From assembly GCA_037446135.1 (NCBI GenBank), contig JBBIJD010000003.1, positions 4,790-53,314 of the forward strand: a stretch of DNA of 48,525 bases. Reading direction: 5' to 3'. Shown here in pieces: positions 19,533 to 28,394 of this stretch. This DNA comes from Candidatus Fraserbacteria bacterium (GTDB taxonomy: Bacteria > Bipolaricaulota > Bipolaricaulia > RBG-16-55-9 > JANLFV01). The notes beneath the pieces are model-generated. The model was given only the letters and a program-made list of their open reading frames with translations, was not told where the DNA came from and made no database searches. The first letter of the stretch is position 1, and the number at the start of each line of letters is the position of its first letter. Position numbers and translations under genes: made by a program.

Positions 19533-20477
19533 GTGGAGAGCTTCATCGCCGAGAGCGGGGAGGGCAGGAAGCGGCTCGACCGCTTCCTAGTGGAGCGGAC
19601 CGGCCGGTCCCGGGCCGAGATCCAGCGATTGATCAAGGCCGGCCGGGTCCGGGTGGCCGGCCGGGCGGTCAAGCCGAGCTATCTCCTCGAGCCTGGGGAC
19701 TGCGTGGAGCTCGAGCCTCCTCCGGCCCGCCCGCTCTTACCCCAGCCGGAAGCCATTGCCCTGAGGATCATTTGCGAAGATGAGGACCTGATCGTCGTCG
19801 ATAAGCCCGCCGGGCTGGTGACCCATCCGGCCTCGGGCCACCTTGGAGGGACGCTTGTCAACGGCCTCCTCCACCACTGCGGCCGGCTGGCCGAGACCGG
19901 CGATCCGCTCAGACCAGGGATCGTTCACCGCCTCGACCGGGAGACGAGCGGGGCAATCGTAGTCGCCAAGACTGCCTTGGCCTATCAGAGCTTGGTGGAG
20001 CAGTTCAAGCGGGGCGAGGTGGGGAAGAGCTACTTAGCCTTGGTCCACGGCATTATCGAGGAGGACGAAGGGCTGATCGAGCTCCCCTTGAGGCGAGCCC
20101 GCTTCCGGAGGGGAGAGATCAGCGTCGATGCCGCGGGGAAGGGCGCGACTACTGAATTCTTTGTGCTGGGACGGTTCCCCACTGCGGGGAAGACCCTGGT
20201 CGAGGCCCGCCCGAAGACGGGGAGGACTCACCAGCTCCGGGTTCACTTCCGCTATATCGGCCACCCCGTTGTGGGCGACCGAAAATACGGGCGCAGGGGG
20301 GATACCGCCCCGCGGATGATGCTCCATGCCTGGCGGCTCAGCCTCTGGCATCCCCGGACGGGGGAGCAACTCGAGTTCACTGCCCCGCCGCCGGAGGAGT
20401 TCCGCCCCTGGCTCGCAGGATCAGCCGGAGGTAGTCGAGCCCCGCAAGATAAGAGAGGAAGATCCCGAGATAGATGA
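19533..20477 (+). CDS. rluD: RluA/RluD family 23S rRNA pseudouridine synthase
   Basis: S4 domain RLDRFL, DKPAGLVTHP, RPGIVHRLDRETSG, TGRTHQLRVH, LHAWRL. Confidence 0.9.
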   Translation: MESFIAESGEGRKRLDRFLVERTGRSRAEIQRLIKAGRVRVAGRAVKPSYLLEPGDCVELEPPPARPLLPQPEAIALRIICEDEDLIVVDKPAGLVTHPASGHLGGTLVNGLLHHCGRLAETGDPLRPGIVHRLDRETSGAIVVAKTALAYQSLVEQFKRGEVGKSYLALVHGIIEEDEGLIELPLRRARFRRGEISVDAAGKGATTEFFVLGRFPTAGKTLVEARPKTGRTHQLRVHFRYIGHPVVGDRKYGRRGDTAPRMMLHAWRLSLWHPRTGEQLEFTAPPPEEFRPWLAGSAGGSRAPQDKRGRSRDR

Positions 20478-20904
20478 GCTCACCTGAGCCGCGGAGCTGG
20501 AAGAAGGCCAGGGCCAGGCCGAGGGCCAGGACCGCCGCCGCGCCCTTCCCCAGCGGCCTCGCGCTGATGACCTTCCCTCCCCGGCGGGCTAGGAAGACCG
20601 CTCCGCCGAGGAGACCGAGCTGGGGGATCGCCAAGAGGATGAAGGGGAGCCAGGAGAGCTGGCCCAGTGCGGCAAAGGCCACTAGCAGCCCGGCGGCGAG
20701 GAGCTTATCAGCTAAAGGGTCGAGAAATTCCCCCAGAGAGGTGATCTCCCGCCTGGCCCGGGCGAGGGCCCCGTCGGCCAGGTCGCCGAGTAGGAATGCT
20801 AAAAGGAGGCCGAAGGCCCAGACCGCCCTCCCGCTCAGGAGGAGGGCGAGGATCAGGGGGATCAGCCCCAATCGCCCGATGGTGATGATATTCGCTAGTG
20901 TCAT
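20377..20904 (-). CDS. pgsA: CDP-alcohol phosphatidyltransferase (PgsA-like)
   Basis: ANIITIGR and DLADGALAR...LGEFLDPLADK signature. Confidence 0.85.
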   Translation of the reverse strand: MTLANIITIGRLGLIPLILALLLSGRAVWAFGLLLAFLLGDLADGALARARREITSLGEFLDPLADKLLAAGLLVAFAALGQLSWLPFILLAIPQLGLLGGAVFLARRGGKVISARPLGKGAAAVLALGLALAFFQLRGSGELIYLGIFLSYLAGLDYLRLILRARGGTPPAAGQ

Positions 20905-20963
20905 CTCAGCTTAACCCATGATCGGCCAGTAGATCGGGCTCGAACGAACCGGACCGGTCACCT

Positions 20964-20992
20964 TTGGCCTAGGGATTGCCCAGGAGTATAAT
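20964..20992 (+). promoter_or_regulatory. Promoter upstream of the ygfK region
   Basis: TTGGCC-17 nt-TATAAT; predicted TSS near 20999. Confidence 0.7.
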
Positions 20993-20999
20993 ACATAAC

Positions 21000-21209
21000 G
21001 GTGGTTCCCGTGAAGATGAAAGCCGGCCTCCCAACTGTGGCTCTGCTCCCGCTCCCCACCCCGATCATCCTTCCACTAAAGGTCGGTCCGGGTGGCCAAT
21101 CTCGATCGGCTGCCCCGGCGCTCCCCAAGGGGAGGGGATTCCGGCCGGGCTGGGGAGGAGGGAGGCCGTGGGCCTCGGACTTAGACCACCGCCGGCTTAT
21201 CCAGCCGGC
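21000..21209 (+). ncRNA. Candidate structured leader RNA or small RNA
   Basis: Nested complementarity: 21000-06/21184-90, 21024-32/21160-68, 21052-58/21151-57, 21088-97/21108-18; then hairpin 21191-21209. Confidence 0.35.
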
Positions 21210-21251
21210 ATGGCAAATGTTGGCCAAGCTGAAGCTGAAGAGGGAGGGAAG

Positions 21252-24200
21252 ATGAAGGTTCAGCCATTTGGGCTCCTTCTCAGCTGGATCCTGAAGGAGC
21301 TCGAGAGTAACAACTCGATCTTCGGGCTCCATCGCTCGCTCTTCTATAACCCTAAAGCCGATAGCCCTTATGCCATCGCGGACCTCTTCGGGGATTACCT
21401 GGCCACCCCCATCGGTCCGGGGGCCGGTCCCCATACCCAATTGGCTCAGAACATCGTCTGCGCCTGGCTATCAGGGGGGAGGTTCATCGAGCTGAAGACC
21501 GTCCAGATCATGGACGAACTGGAGATCCCCAGGCCCTGCATCGACATGGAGGACGAAGGCTACAATGTCGAGTGGTCCCAGGAGCTCAAGCTGGAGCAGT
21601 CCGCCGGCGAATATATTAAGGCTTGGGCGCTGATCCATATCCTCCATCGGCTCCTGGGCTTTGCGGGGCCGGTCGGGACGATCTTCAACATGAGCGTCGG
21701 CTACGACCTGAAGGGGATCAAGAGCCCGCCCATGACCCGTTTCATGGACCGGCTGCAGGATGCCTCCGAGGAGCTCACCGAGATTCGAGAGGTCCTGAGG
21801 GAGGAATTCCCCCAGTTCGCGGAGATCGAGATCCCAACCCGCATCACCAACAATGTCACCCTCTCCACCATGCACGGCTGCCCCCCGGATGAGATCGAGC
21901 GGATCGCTAGATACCTGATGGAGGAGCGGGGACTAAACACCTCGGTCAAGCTGAACCCCACCCTGCTGGGGAAAGAGGAGGTGATGCGCATCCTCCATGA
22001 CCACCTCGGCTTCAGGGAGGTCCAGATCCCCGACCGGGTGTTCGAGCACGATCTGCAGTGGGCTCAGGCGGTGGAGCTGATCAAGAACTTAAAGAGGGTC
22101 GCCGCAGAGCGGGATCTCACCTTCGGGCTGAAGTTGAGCAACACCCTGGCAGTGGCCAACCACAAGGGCCGCCTCCCAGGCGAAGAGATGTATATGTCCG
22201 GACGGGCCCTCTATCCCATCACCATCAACCTCTTCCATAAGCTCTCGAGGGAGTTCGACGGCGACTTAAATGTTTCGTTTTCCGCCGGGGCCGACGCCTT
22301 CAATCTGACGAACATCCTGGCCGCCGGGGCTCGGCCGGTCACCGTAGTCACGGACCTGCTGAAGCCGGGTGGCTACTCCAGGATGCTTCAATACCTGGAG
22401 AACCTGGAGAGGGATATGGCGAGGCTGGGGGTGAGGAGCCTGGAGGAGCTGGCCAAGGACAAGCTGACCAACCTGGAAAGGGAGGCCGCCCGGGCCTTGA
22501 AAGACCCACGCTACAAGAAGGGCTATCATCCCTATGGCCTGCCGAAGGTGGAGTCGAAGCTGGGCCTCTTCGACTGCATCACCGCCCCTTGCGTGGAGGA
22601 GTGCGCGATCCGGCAGGATGTCCCCGAATACGCCTGGCTGATCTCCCAAGGGAAGTATGACCAGGCGCTCGAAGTTATCCTCTCCCGCAACCCCCTGCCC
22701 GGGGTCACCGGCTATGTCTGCAACCACCTCTGTCAGACCCGCTGCACCCGCAACAACTACGACCAGCCCGTCGCCATCCGGGCCCTCAAGCGGTTCGCCG
22801 CCGAGAAGGGGGCCATCCGGTCCCGGTCCGGGATCAGGCTCGCGGATCACAAAAGGGGAGGGAAGGGCCGCCGGGTGGCGGTGATCGGGAGCGGCCCCTC
22901 CGGACTGGCTGCCGCCTACTTCCTCGCGCTGAACGGGGTCGAGGTGACCATCTATGAAGCCAAGGGCCGACCCGGAGGGATGCTGACCATCGCCCCTCCC
23001 TTCCGGCTCCCCGAGGCCATCGTTCAGGAGGACATTGATCGGATCACCGGACTGGGGGTGAAGCTCGAGCTCTCCCACCCCATCACCTCCCCCCCGGAGG
23101 AGCTCCTGAGGGAGGGCTTTGATGCCGTCTACATCGCCTCAGGCGCGGGAGGTGATGCCCGCCTGGGGATCGAAGGCGAGGACGGCGAAGGCGTCTACCA
23201 TGCCCTTGACTTCCTCGACCGGGTCCGGCGGGGAGAGAGGGTCGAGCTGGGCCACAGAGTTCTGGTGATCGGCGGGGGGAACTCGGCCATGGATGCGGCC
23301 AGGACGGCCAAGCGGCTCACCGGTGGCAGCGGCAAGGTGACCATCGTCTACCGGCGGACTCGGGCCGAGATGCCGGCCAATGAGGAGGAGATCGCGGAAG
23401 CGCTCATCGAGGGGGTGATCTTGGAGGAATTGGCCTCCCCCACCAGGATAATCTTGCGGGAGGGTCGGGTGGCCGGCCTGGAGTGCGTGCGGAACCGATT
23501 GGGCGAGCCCGGGCCGGACGGGAGGAGGAGGCCGGTCCCCATCGCAAGGAGCGAGTTCCAGCTCGAAGCGGATTCGATCATCGTGGCCATCGGCCAGCGG
23601 CCTGAGGTCTCCTTCCTCGACGGAAGTGCGGTCACCATTCGCGAGGACGGGACCATCGCCGTCTCCTCCGAGACCGGGCTGGCAGGAGAGAAGCGGATCT
23701 ACGCTGGAGGGGACGCGGTGCGAGGCCCGGCCACTATCGTCGAGGCCTGTGCCGACGGGAGGAGGGCCGCGGAGGCCATCTGTCGGGAGTTGAGAGTGCC
23801 CTTTGAGCGGCCGTCGGTCCGCCTGCCCGGGCTCTCCGAAGAGGAGATCGTGCTGGCCAAGCGCGTCCGGGCCAGAAAAGCCCTGCAAAGTGAACCGGGG
23901 ATGCTCCCGCCCGAGCGGCGCGGCAGCTTCGACCTGGTGGAGGCGACCCTGACGGAGGAGGAGGCCCAGGCCGAGGCGGGCCGATGTCTCCAGTGCTCAA
24001 CCCTGTGCGACAAGTGCGTGGAGGTCTGCCCCAATCGGGCCAACTACTCCTTCTCGGTCTCGCCTCTCACCCTGTCGGTGCCCGTGGTCTCCTGTCGACA
24101 AGGGAGGTTGGCGGTGACCGGAGAGGAGCCCTTGCAGCTCAGGCAGACCCGCCAGATCATCCACATCGATGACTTCTGCAACGATTGCGGCGACTGCGAG

Positions 24201-24566
24201 ACCTTCTGTGTCCACCAGGGCAGACCCTACCAGGACAAGCCCAGGCTCTTCCTCAGGGAGGAGGATTTTGAACTGGAAAAGGACAATGCCTTCTATGTCG
24301 AGAGAGAGGCCGGAGGAAAAGGCTGGACCATCAGGAGGCGGGAGGGAGGGAAGGAGTCCCGGCTCTTCATAGAGAATGGCGGCAAGATGGTCTTCGAGAA
24401 CGAGCTGATGAAGGTCGGCCTCTCTCCAGATTTCCGGATCGAGAGCCTGGAGCTGAAGGAGGAGTTCGAGGGTGCGTTCCCCCTGACCGGGACGGCGGAG
24501 ATGGCCGTGATCCTCAATGGCTTGATCAACTCCCTGGCCTTCCTGCCGTTTGAGGAGGGAGAATGA
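21252..24566 (+). CDS. ygfK: YgfK-type Fe-S flavoprotein oxidoreductase (annotated 'putative selenate reductase'; purine/urate catabolism)
   Basis: GPGAGPHTQLAQNI, ELKTVQ, RPCID..DEGYNVEWS, EEMYMSGR, GltD-like GSGPSG and GGGNSAMD, CVEVCPNRAN, CNDCGDC. Start ATG 21252 after GGGAGGG. Confidence 0.93.
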   Translation: MKVQPFGLLLSWILKELESNNSIFGLHRSLFYNPKADSPYAIADLFGDYLATPIGPGAGPHTQLAQNIVCAWLSGGRFIELKTVQIMDELEIPRPCIDMEDEGYNVEWSQELKLEQSAGEYIKAWALIHILHRLLGFAGPVGTIFNMSVGYDLKGIKSPPMTRFMDRLQDASEELTEIREVLREEFPQFAEIEIPTRITNNVTLSTMHGCPPDEIERIARYLMEERGLNTSVKLNPTLLGKEEVMRILHDHLGFREVQIPDRVFEHDLQWAQAVELIKNLKRVAAERDLTFGLKLSNTLAVANHKGRLPGEEMYMSGRALYPITINLFHKLSREFDGDLNVSFSAGADAFNLTNILAAGARPVTVVTDLLKPGGYSRMLQYLENLERDMARLGVRSLEELAKDKLTNLEREAARALKDPRYKKGYHPYGLPKVESKLGLFDCITAPCVEECAIRQDVPEYAWLISQGKYDQALEVILSRNPLPGVTGYVCNHLCQTRCTRNNYDQPVAIRALKRFAAEKGAIRSRSGIRLADHKRGGKGRRVAVIGSGPSGLAAAYFLALNGVEVTIYEAKGRPGGMLTIAPPFRLPEAIVQEDIDRITGLGVKLELSHPITSPPEELLREGFDAVYIASGAGGDARLGIEGEDGEGVYHALDFLDRVRRGERVELGHRVLVIGGGNSAMDAARTAKRLTGGSGKVTIVYRRTRAEMPANEEEIAEALIEGVILEELASPTRIILREGRVAGLECVRNRLGEPGPDGRRRPVPIARSEFQLEADSIIVAIGQRPEVSFLDGSAVTIREDGTIAVSSETGLAGEKRIYAGGDAVRGPATIVEACADGRRAAEAICRELRVPFERPSVRLPGLSEEEIVLAKRVRARKALQSEPGMLPPERRGSFDLVEATLTEEEAQAEAGRCLQCSTLCDKCVEVCPNRANYSFSVSPLTLSVPVVSCRQGRLAVTGEEPLQLRQTRQIIHIDDFCNDCGDCETFCVHQGRPYQDKPRLFLREEDFELEKDNAFYVEREAGGKGWTIRRREGGKESRLFIENGGKMVFENELMKVGLSPDFRIESLELKEEFEGAFPLTGTAEMAVILNGLINSLAFLPFEEGE

Positions 24567-25921
24567 GCAGAATTCTGATCGAGAACGCTCGGATCTGGAC
24601 CAACGGGGATGGGCTGATCGAGAATGGCTTCGTCCTGATCGAGGATGATAAGATCGCCAAGGTCGGGGGGATGGACGAACTCCTTAAGTCCGAGCCGCCG
24701 ACGCCGAAGGCAAAAGGGACTAAAACCATCGACGCTAGGGGCCGACTCCTCCTCCCCGGCTTTGTCTGCGCCCATACCCATCTGTATAGCGCCCTAGCGC
24801 GGGGGCTGGCCCTCCCCGGGGTCTCCCCGGAGAGCTTCGGCGAGATCCTGGAGCAGTTCTGGTGGAGGCTAGATAAGGCCCTCGATCAAGAGAGCATCTA
24901 CTATAGCGCTTTAGTCGGGGGGATCGAGTTCATCAAAAACGGGGTCACCACGATCATCGACCATCATGCTAGTCCCAATAGCATCCACGGGAGCCTCAAG
25001 GCCATCAAGCGGGCTGCCGTAGATGAGCTGGGGTTAAGGGCCTCGCTCTGCTACGAGATCTCCGATCGGGACGGGCCCGGGCCGGCTGAGGAGGGAATCG
25101 GCGAGAACATCGAGTTCTTCGACTTTGCCCGGGCTGAGGGGGACGACCGCCTGAGCGGGCTCATCGGCCTCCATGCCTCCTTCACCCTCTCGGATGAGAC
25201 CCTTAAGCGGCTTAAGCGTGAGCTGGGCGATAGGGATGCGGGCTTTCACATCCACCTCGCTGAGGGGCCGGAGGACCAAGAGGACTCCCTGAAGAGATAC
25301 GGAAAGAGGGTGACAGAGCGGCTCCGGGACCTGGGGATTCTAAATGCTAAGACCGTCCTAGCCCATGGGGTCCACCTTGACGAGAAAGAGAAGGGGATTC
25401 TAGCCGAGGCGGGCGCGATCTTAGTCCACAACCCCCAGTCGAACATGAACAATGCCGTGGGGGTCGCCGACATCCCGGGGATGATGAAGCGGGGGATCTT
25501 GGTCAGCCTGGGGAACGATGGCTTCGGGTATGAGATGCTCTCCGACCTGCGGGCGATGACCTTGGTCCATAAGCTCGCAAGCCGTGACCCCAAGGCCCTC
25601 GGCTTCGATCTGGCCCGCAAGATCTTCTTCGAGAACAATTACGCGATCACAAAGAGGCTCTTCGGGGTCGAGGTCGGAAGGATCAGGCCGGGCTACCAGG
25701 CCGACCTGATCCTGGTCGACTACCTCCCGCCCACGCCGCTGGACGAGGGAAACTTCATGGGCCATCTCCTCTTCGGTCTGGCGGGGAACCCGCAAGTGCT
25801 GACCGTCACCGTCGACGGGCGGGTGATCATGCAGGACCGCCGGATCTTAGGGGTCGACGAGGAGATTGTCTATCGAGAGGCCCGCGAAGTGACGGAGGGG
25901 CTCTGGAAGAGGATCAAATAG
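24563..25921 (+). CDS. ssnA: Putative aminohydrolase SsnA
   Basis: HTHLYSALARG, WWRLDKALD, IDHHASP, GLHASFTLSD, HNPQSNMNNAVG, PPTPL. Confidence 0.92.
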   Translation: MSRILIENARIWTNGDGLIENGFVLIEDDKIAKVGGMDELLKSEPPTPKAKGTKTIDARGRLLLPGFVCAHTHLYSALARGLALPGVSPESFGEILEQFWWRLDKALDQESIYYSALVGGIEFIKNGVTTIIDHHASPNSIHGSLKAIKRAAVDELGLRASLCYEISDRDGPGPAEEGIGENIEFFDFARAEGDDRLSGLIGLHASFTLSDETLKRLKRELGDRDAGFHIHLAEGPEDQEDSLKRYGKRVTERLRDLGILNAKTVLAHGVHLDEKEKGILAEAGAILVHNPQSNMNNAVGVADIPGMMKRGILVSLGNDGFGYEMLSDLRAMTLVHKLASRDPKALGFDLARKIFFENNYAITKRLFGVEVGRIRPGYQADLILVDYLPPTPLDEGNFMGHLLFGLAGNPQVLTVTVDGRVIMQDRRILGVDEEIVYREAREVTEGLWKRIK

Positions 25922-25923
25922 CG

Positions 25924-27198
25924 ATGAAGGTCGTGGCCTTAAGATGCATCACCTGCGGCTCGAGCTATAGCCCTGAGGAGCTGGACTACACCTGCCCGAG
26001 GTGCGGCCCCCGGCGGGGGACACTGGAGGTGCTCTACGACTATAGCAAGATTAGAAGGGGCTTCACCCGAGAGTCGCTGAAGAAGCGGAGCCAAAACTAC
26101 ACGATCTGGCGGTATCTCCCGATCCTCCCAGTCGAGGAAGAGGGTCAGCGCTATATCCAGCCCCTCCGGGTCGGCTGGACCCCGCTTTACCGGTTCGAGC
26201 AGCTTGCCAGGAAATACGGCGTGCGTGAGCTTTACCTCAAAGACGACGGGGTGAACCCCACGGCCTCTTACAAGGACCGGGCGAGCGCGCTCGTGGTGAT
26301 CAAGGCCCAGGAGAAGAATAAAAAGATCATCACCTGCGCCTCGACTGGGAACGCCGCCAGTTCGCTGGCCGGCTTCGCGGCGAACACCGCTCTGACCACG
26401 ATCATCTTCGTCCCGAAGAGCGCCCCAGCGGCCAAGCTCGCCCAGCTCCTCATCTACGGGGCCAAGGTCCTGGCCGTCGAGGGGAGCTACGATCAGGCCT
26501 ACGACCTCTGCCTCGAGGCCGCCGAGCGCTACGGCTGGTATAACCGGAGCGCGGCCATCAATCCTTATCTCGTCGAGGGGAAGAAGACCGGAGCGCTGGA
26601 GATCGCGGAGCAGCTCGACTGGGAGGTCCCCGACCTGGTCCTCGTCCCCGTGGGAGATGGCTCGGTGATCAGCGGGATCTACAAGGGCTTCCATGACCTT
26701 CTGGAGCTGGGCTTCATCGCGGGGATTCCCAAGATCATCGGGGTCCAGGCTGAAGGGGCCTCCCCGATCAAGCGGGCCTTCGAGCGGTATGACGGTAATG
26801 AAGTGATAATCGAAGATCAGGAGGCCAAGACCTTGGCCGATAGCATCGCCGTGGGGAAGCCGAGGGACATCGTCAAGGCCGTGAAGTATGTGAGTGCGGC
26901 CAAGGGCTCCTTCATCTCAGTGAGCGATCAGGAGATCCTGCGGGCCATCGGCGAGCTGGCGCGCCGGACAGGGATCTTCGCCGAGCCGGCGGCCGCCGCA
27001 GCTTATGCGGGGTTTCGCGCATTGGCCGAGCAGGGCCGGCTGAGCAAGAGCGATCGGGTGGTAATCATGATCACCGGCAGCGGGTTGAAGGACATCGCCG
27101 CAGCGAGGGAGGCTGCCGAGGTCAAGGAGCCCTACACCATCGGGGCGAGCCTAGATGAGGTCGAACGGGCCCTAAAGGGATTGGGGCTCGCCCCCTAG
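25924..27198 (+). CDS. Threonine synthase-like fold-type II PLP enzyme
   Basis: N-terminal CxxC..CxxC, NPTASYKDR (PLP Lys), ASTGNAA, EGKKT, VGDG, ITGSGLKD. Confidence 0.88.
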   Translation: MKVVALRCITCGSSYSPEELDYTCPRCGPRRGTLEVLYDYSKIRRGFTRESLKKRSQNYTIWRYLPILPVEEEGQRYIQPLRVGWTPLYRFEQLARKYGVRELYLKDDGVNPTASYKDRASALVVIKAQEKNKKIITCASTGNAASSLAGFAANTALTTIIFVPKSAPAAKLAQLLIYGAKVLAVEGSYDQAYDLCLEAAERYGWYNRSAAINPYLVEGKKTGALEIAEQLDWEVPDLVLVPVGDGSVISGIYKGFHDLLELGFIAGIPKIIGVQAEGASPIKRAFERYDGNEVIIEDQEAKTLADSIAVGKPRDIVKAVKYVSAAKGSFISVSDQEILRAIGELARRTGIFAEPAAAAAYAGFRALAEQGRLSKSDRVVIMITGSGLKDIAAAREAAEVKEPYTIGASLDEVERALKGLGLAP

Positions 27199-27213
27199 TC
27201 TAGCATCCAGGCG

Positions 27214-28374
27214 ATGGGAGTAACCGAGAAGGCTCTTGAAGAGACTATCGCGCTGACCCGCTCGCTCGTCCGGATCAGGAGCACCAATCCCCCGGGGAAT
27301 GAGGAGGAGATCGCAAGGTATATTCGAGACTATCTTTATGAGAGCGGGCTCGAAGCGGAGCTGGTCCCTCTTGAGCCGGGGCGGAGCTCGCTGCTCGGGC
27401 GGCTCCCCGGGAGAGAGCGAGGGAGCATCGTCCTCTGCGGCCACCTCGATACCGTAGCGGTGGAGGAGGATGAGCCCTGGACCAAGCCCCCGTTCGAGGC
27501 TCTCATTGAGGGCGAGCGGCTCTACGGCCGCGGGGCGGCGGACATGAAGGGCGGTGTGGCAGTGATCCTCCAAGCGGCGAAGCTGATCGCTGCGAGGTGC
27601 AACCTACAGGGCCGAAGCCTGAGGAAGACCCTTCTCCTGGCCCTCACCGCCGATGAGGAGCAGGGCTATCGCGGGGCCGAGATGTTGGCGGAACGGGGCC
27701 TCCTCGTGGATGCAGAGTTCATGGTCGTGGCCGAGCCGAGTGACGGCCATGTTCTCATCGGCGAGAAGGGCGAGCTCTGGCTCCGGGTCCGCTTCTTAGG
27801 GAGAGCGGCCCACGGCTCGAGCCCTGAGCTAGGGATTAATGCTGTCCTCCCCGCCGCAGCGTTCTGCACCAGCCTCAATGCTGAGGCTGCTAAGCTCCCG
27901 GCGACCGCGGGGCGGGGGAGGCCAACCCTCAATATCGGCCGATTCCGCGGCGGCTGGCGGGTGAACATCGTCCCTGATCGGGCGGAGGTGGAGCTCGACT
28001 TCCGGGTCATCTCCGAGGAGACCAAGGAGTGGGCGATCGCATTGGTAAAGAGATTGGGAGAGGAGGCGGCAGCGAAGGCCGGGGCGAGGTTCGAGCAAGA
28101 GCTTTTGAGCTACCATCCCCCGGTCTTCTCAGACAAGAATGACGGCTATGTCCGGGAGTTCCTGGCCGCGGCCGGCGAGGCCGCCCCGGGAATCGCCCCT
28201 TTTTGCACCGATGCGGCCACGATCATCCCCAAGGCCGGGGTCCCGATCCCGTTCGTGATCTTTGGCCCGGGCTCGATTGCACTGGCCCACCGGCCCGATG
28301 AATATGTAGAATTAGGCTCACTCGAGCGGGCTCTTGAGGTCCTTCTGGCCTTCCTCGAGAGGGCACTTCTCTGA
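27214..28374 (+). CDS. M20 (ArgE/DapE/YgeY-like) metallo-amidohydrolase
   Basis: STNPPGNE, GHLDTV, GAADMKGG, DEE, AEP, AHRPDE. Confidence 0.9.
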   Translation: MGVTEKALEETIALTRSLVRIRSTNPPGNEEEIARYIRDYLYESGLEAELVPLEPGRSSLLGRLPGRERGSIVLCGHLDTVAVEEDEPWTKPPFEALIEGERLYGRGAADMKGGVAVILQAAKLIAARCNLQGRSLRKTLLLALTADEEQGYRGAEMLAERGLLVDAEFMVVAEPSDGHVLIGEKGELWLRVRFLGRAAHGSSPELGINAVLPAAAFCTSLNAEAAKLPATAGRGRPTLNIGRFRGGWRVNIVPDRAEVELDFRVISEETKEWAIALVKRLGEEAAAKAGARFEQELLSYHPPVFSDKNDGYVREFLAAAGEAAPGIAPFCTDAATIIPKAGVPIPFVIFGPGSIALAHRPDEYVELGSLERALEVLLAFLERALL

Positions 28375-28394
28375 TCTGGAGGGGGAGAGAAGAG

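Noticed and set aside
20976-21251. 92-aa N-terminal extension of YgfK
   Set aside because: It starts inside the promoter and is low-complexity; ATG 21252 has a strong SD.
21252-24566. Literal selenate reductase or selenoprotein
   Set aside because: No in-frame TGA and no molybdopterin subunit; the context points to purine catabolism and the name is a legacy annotation.
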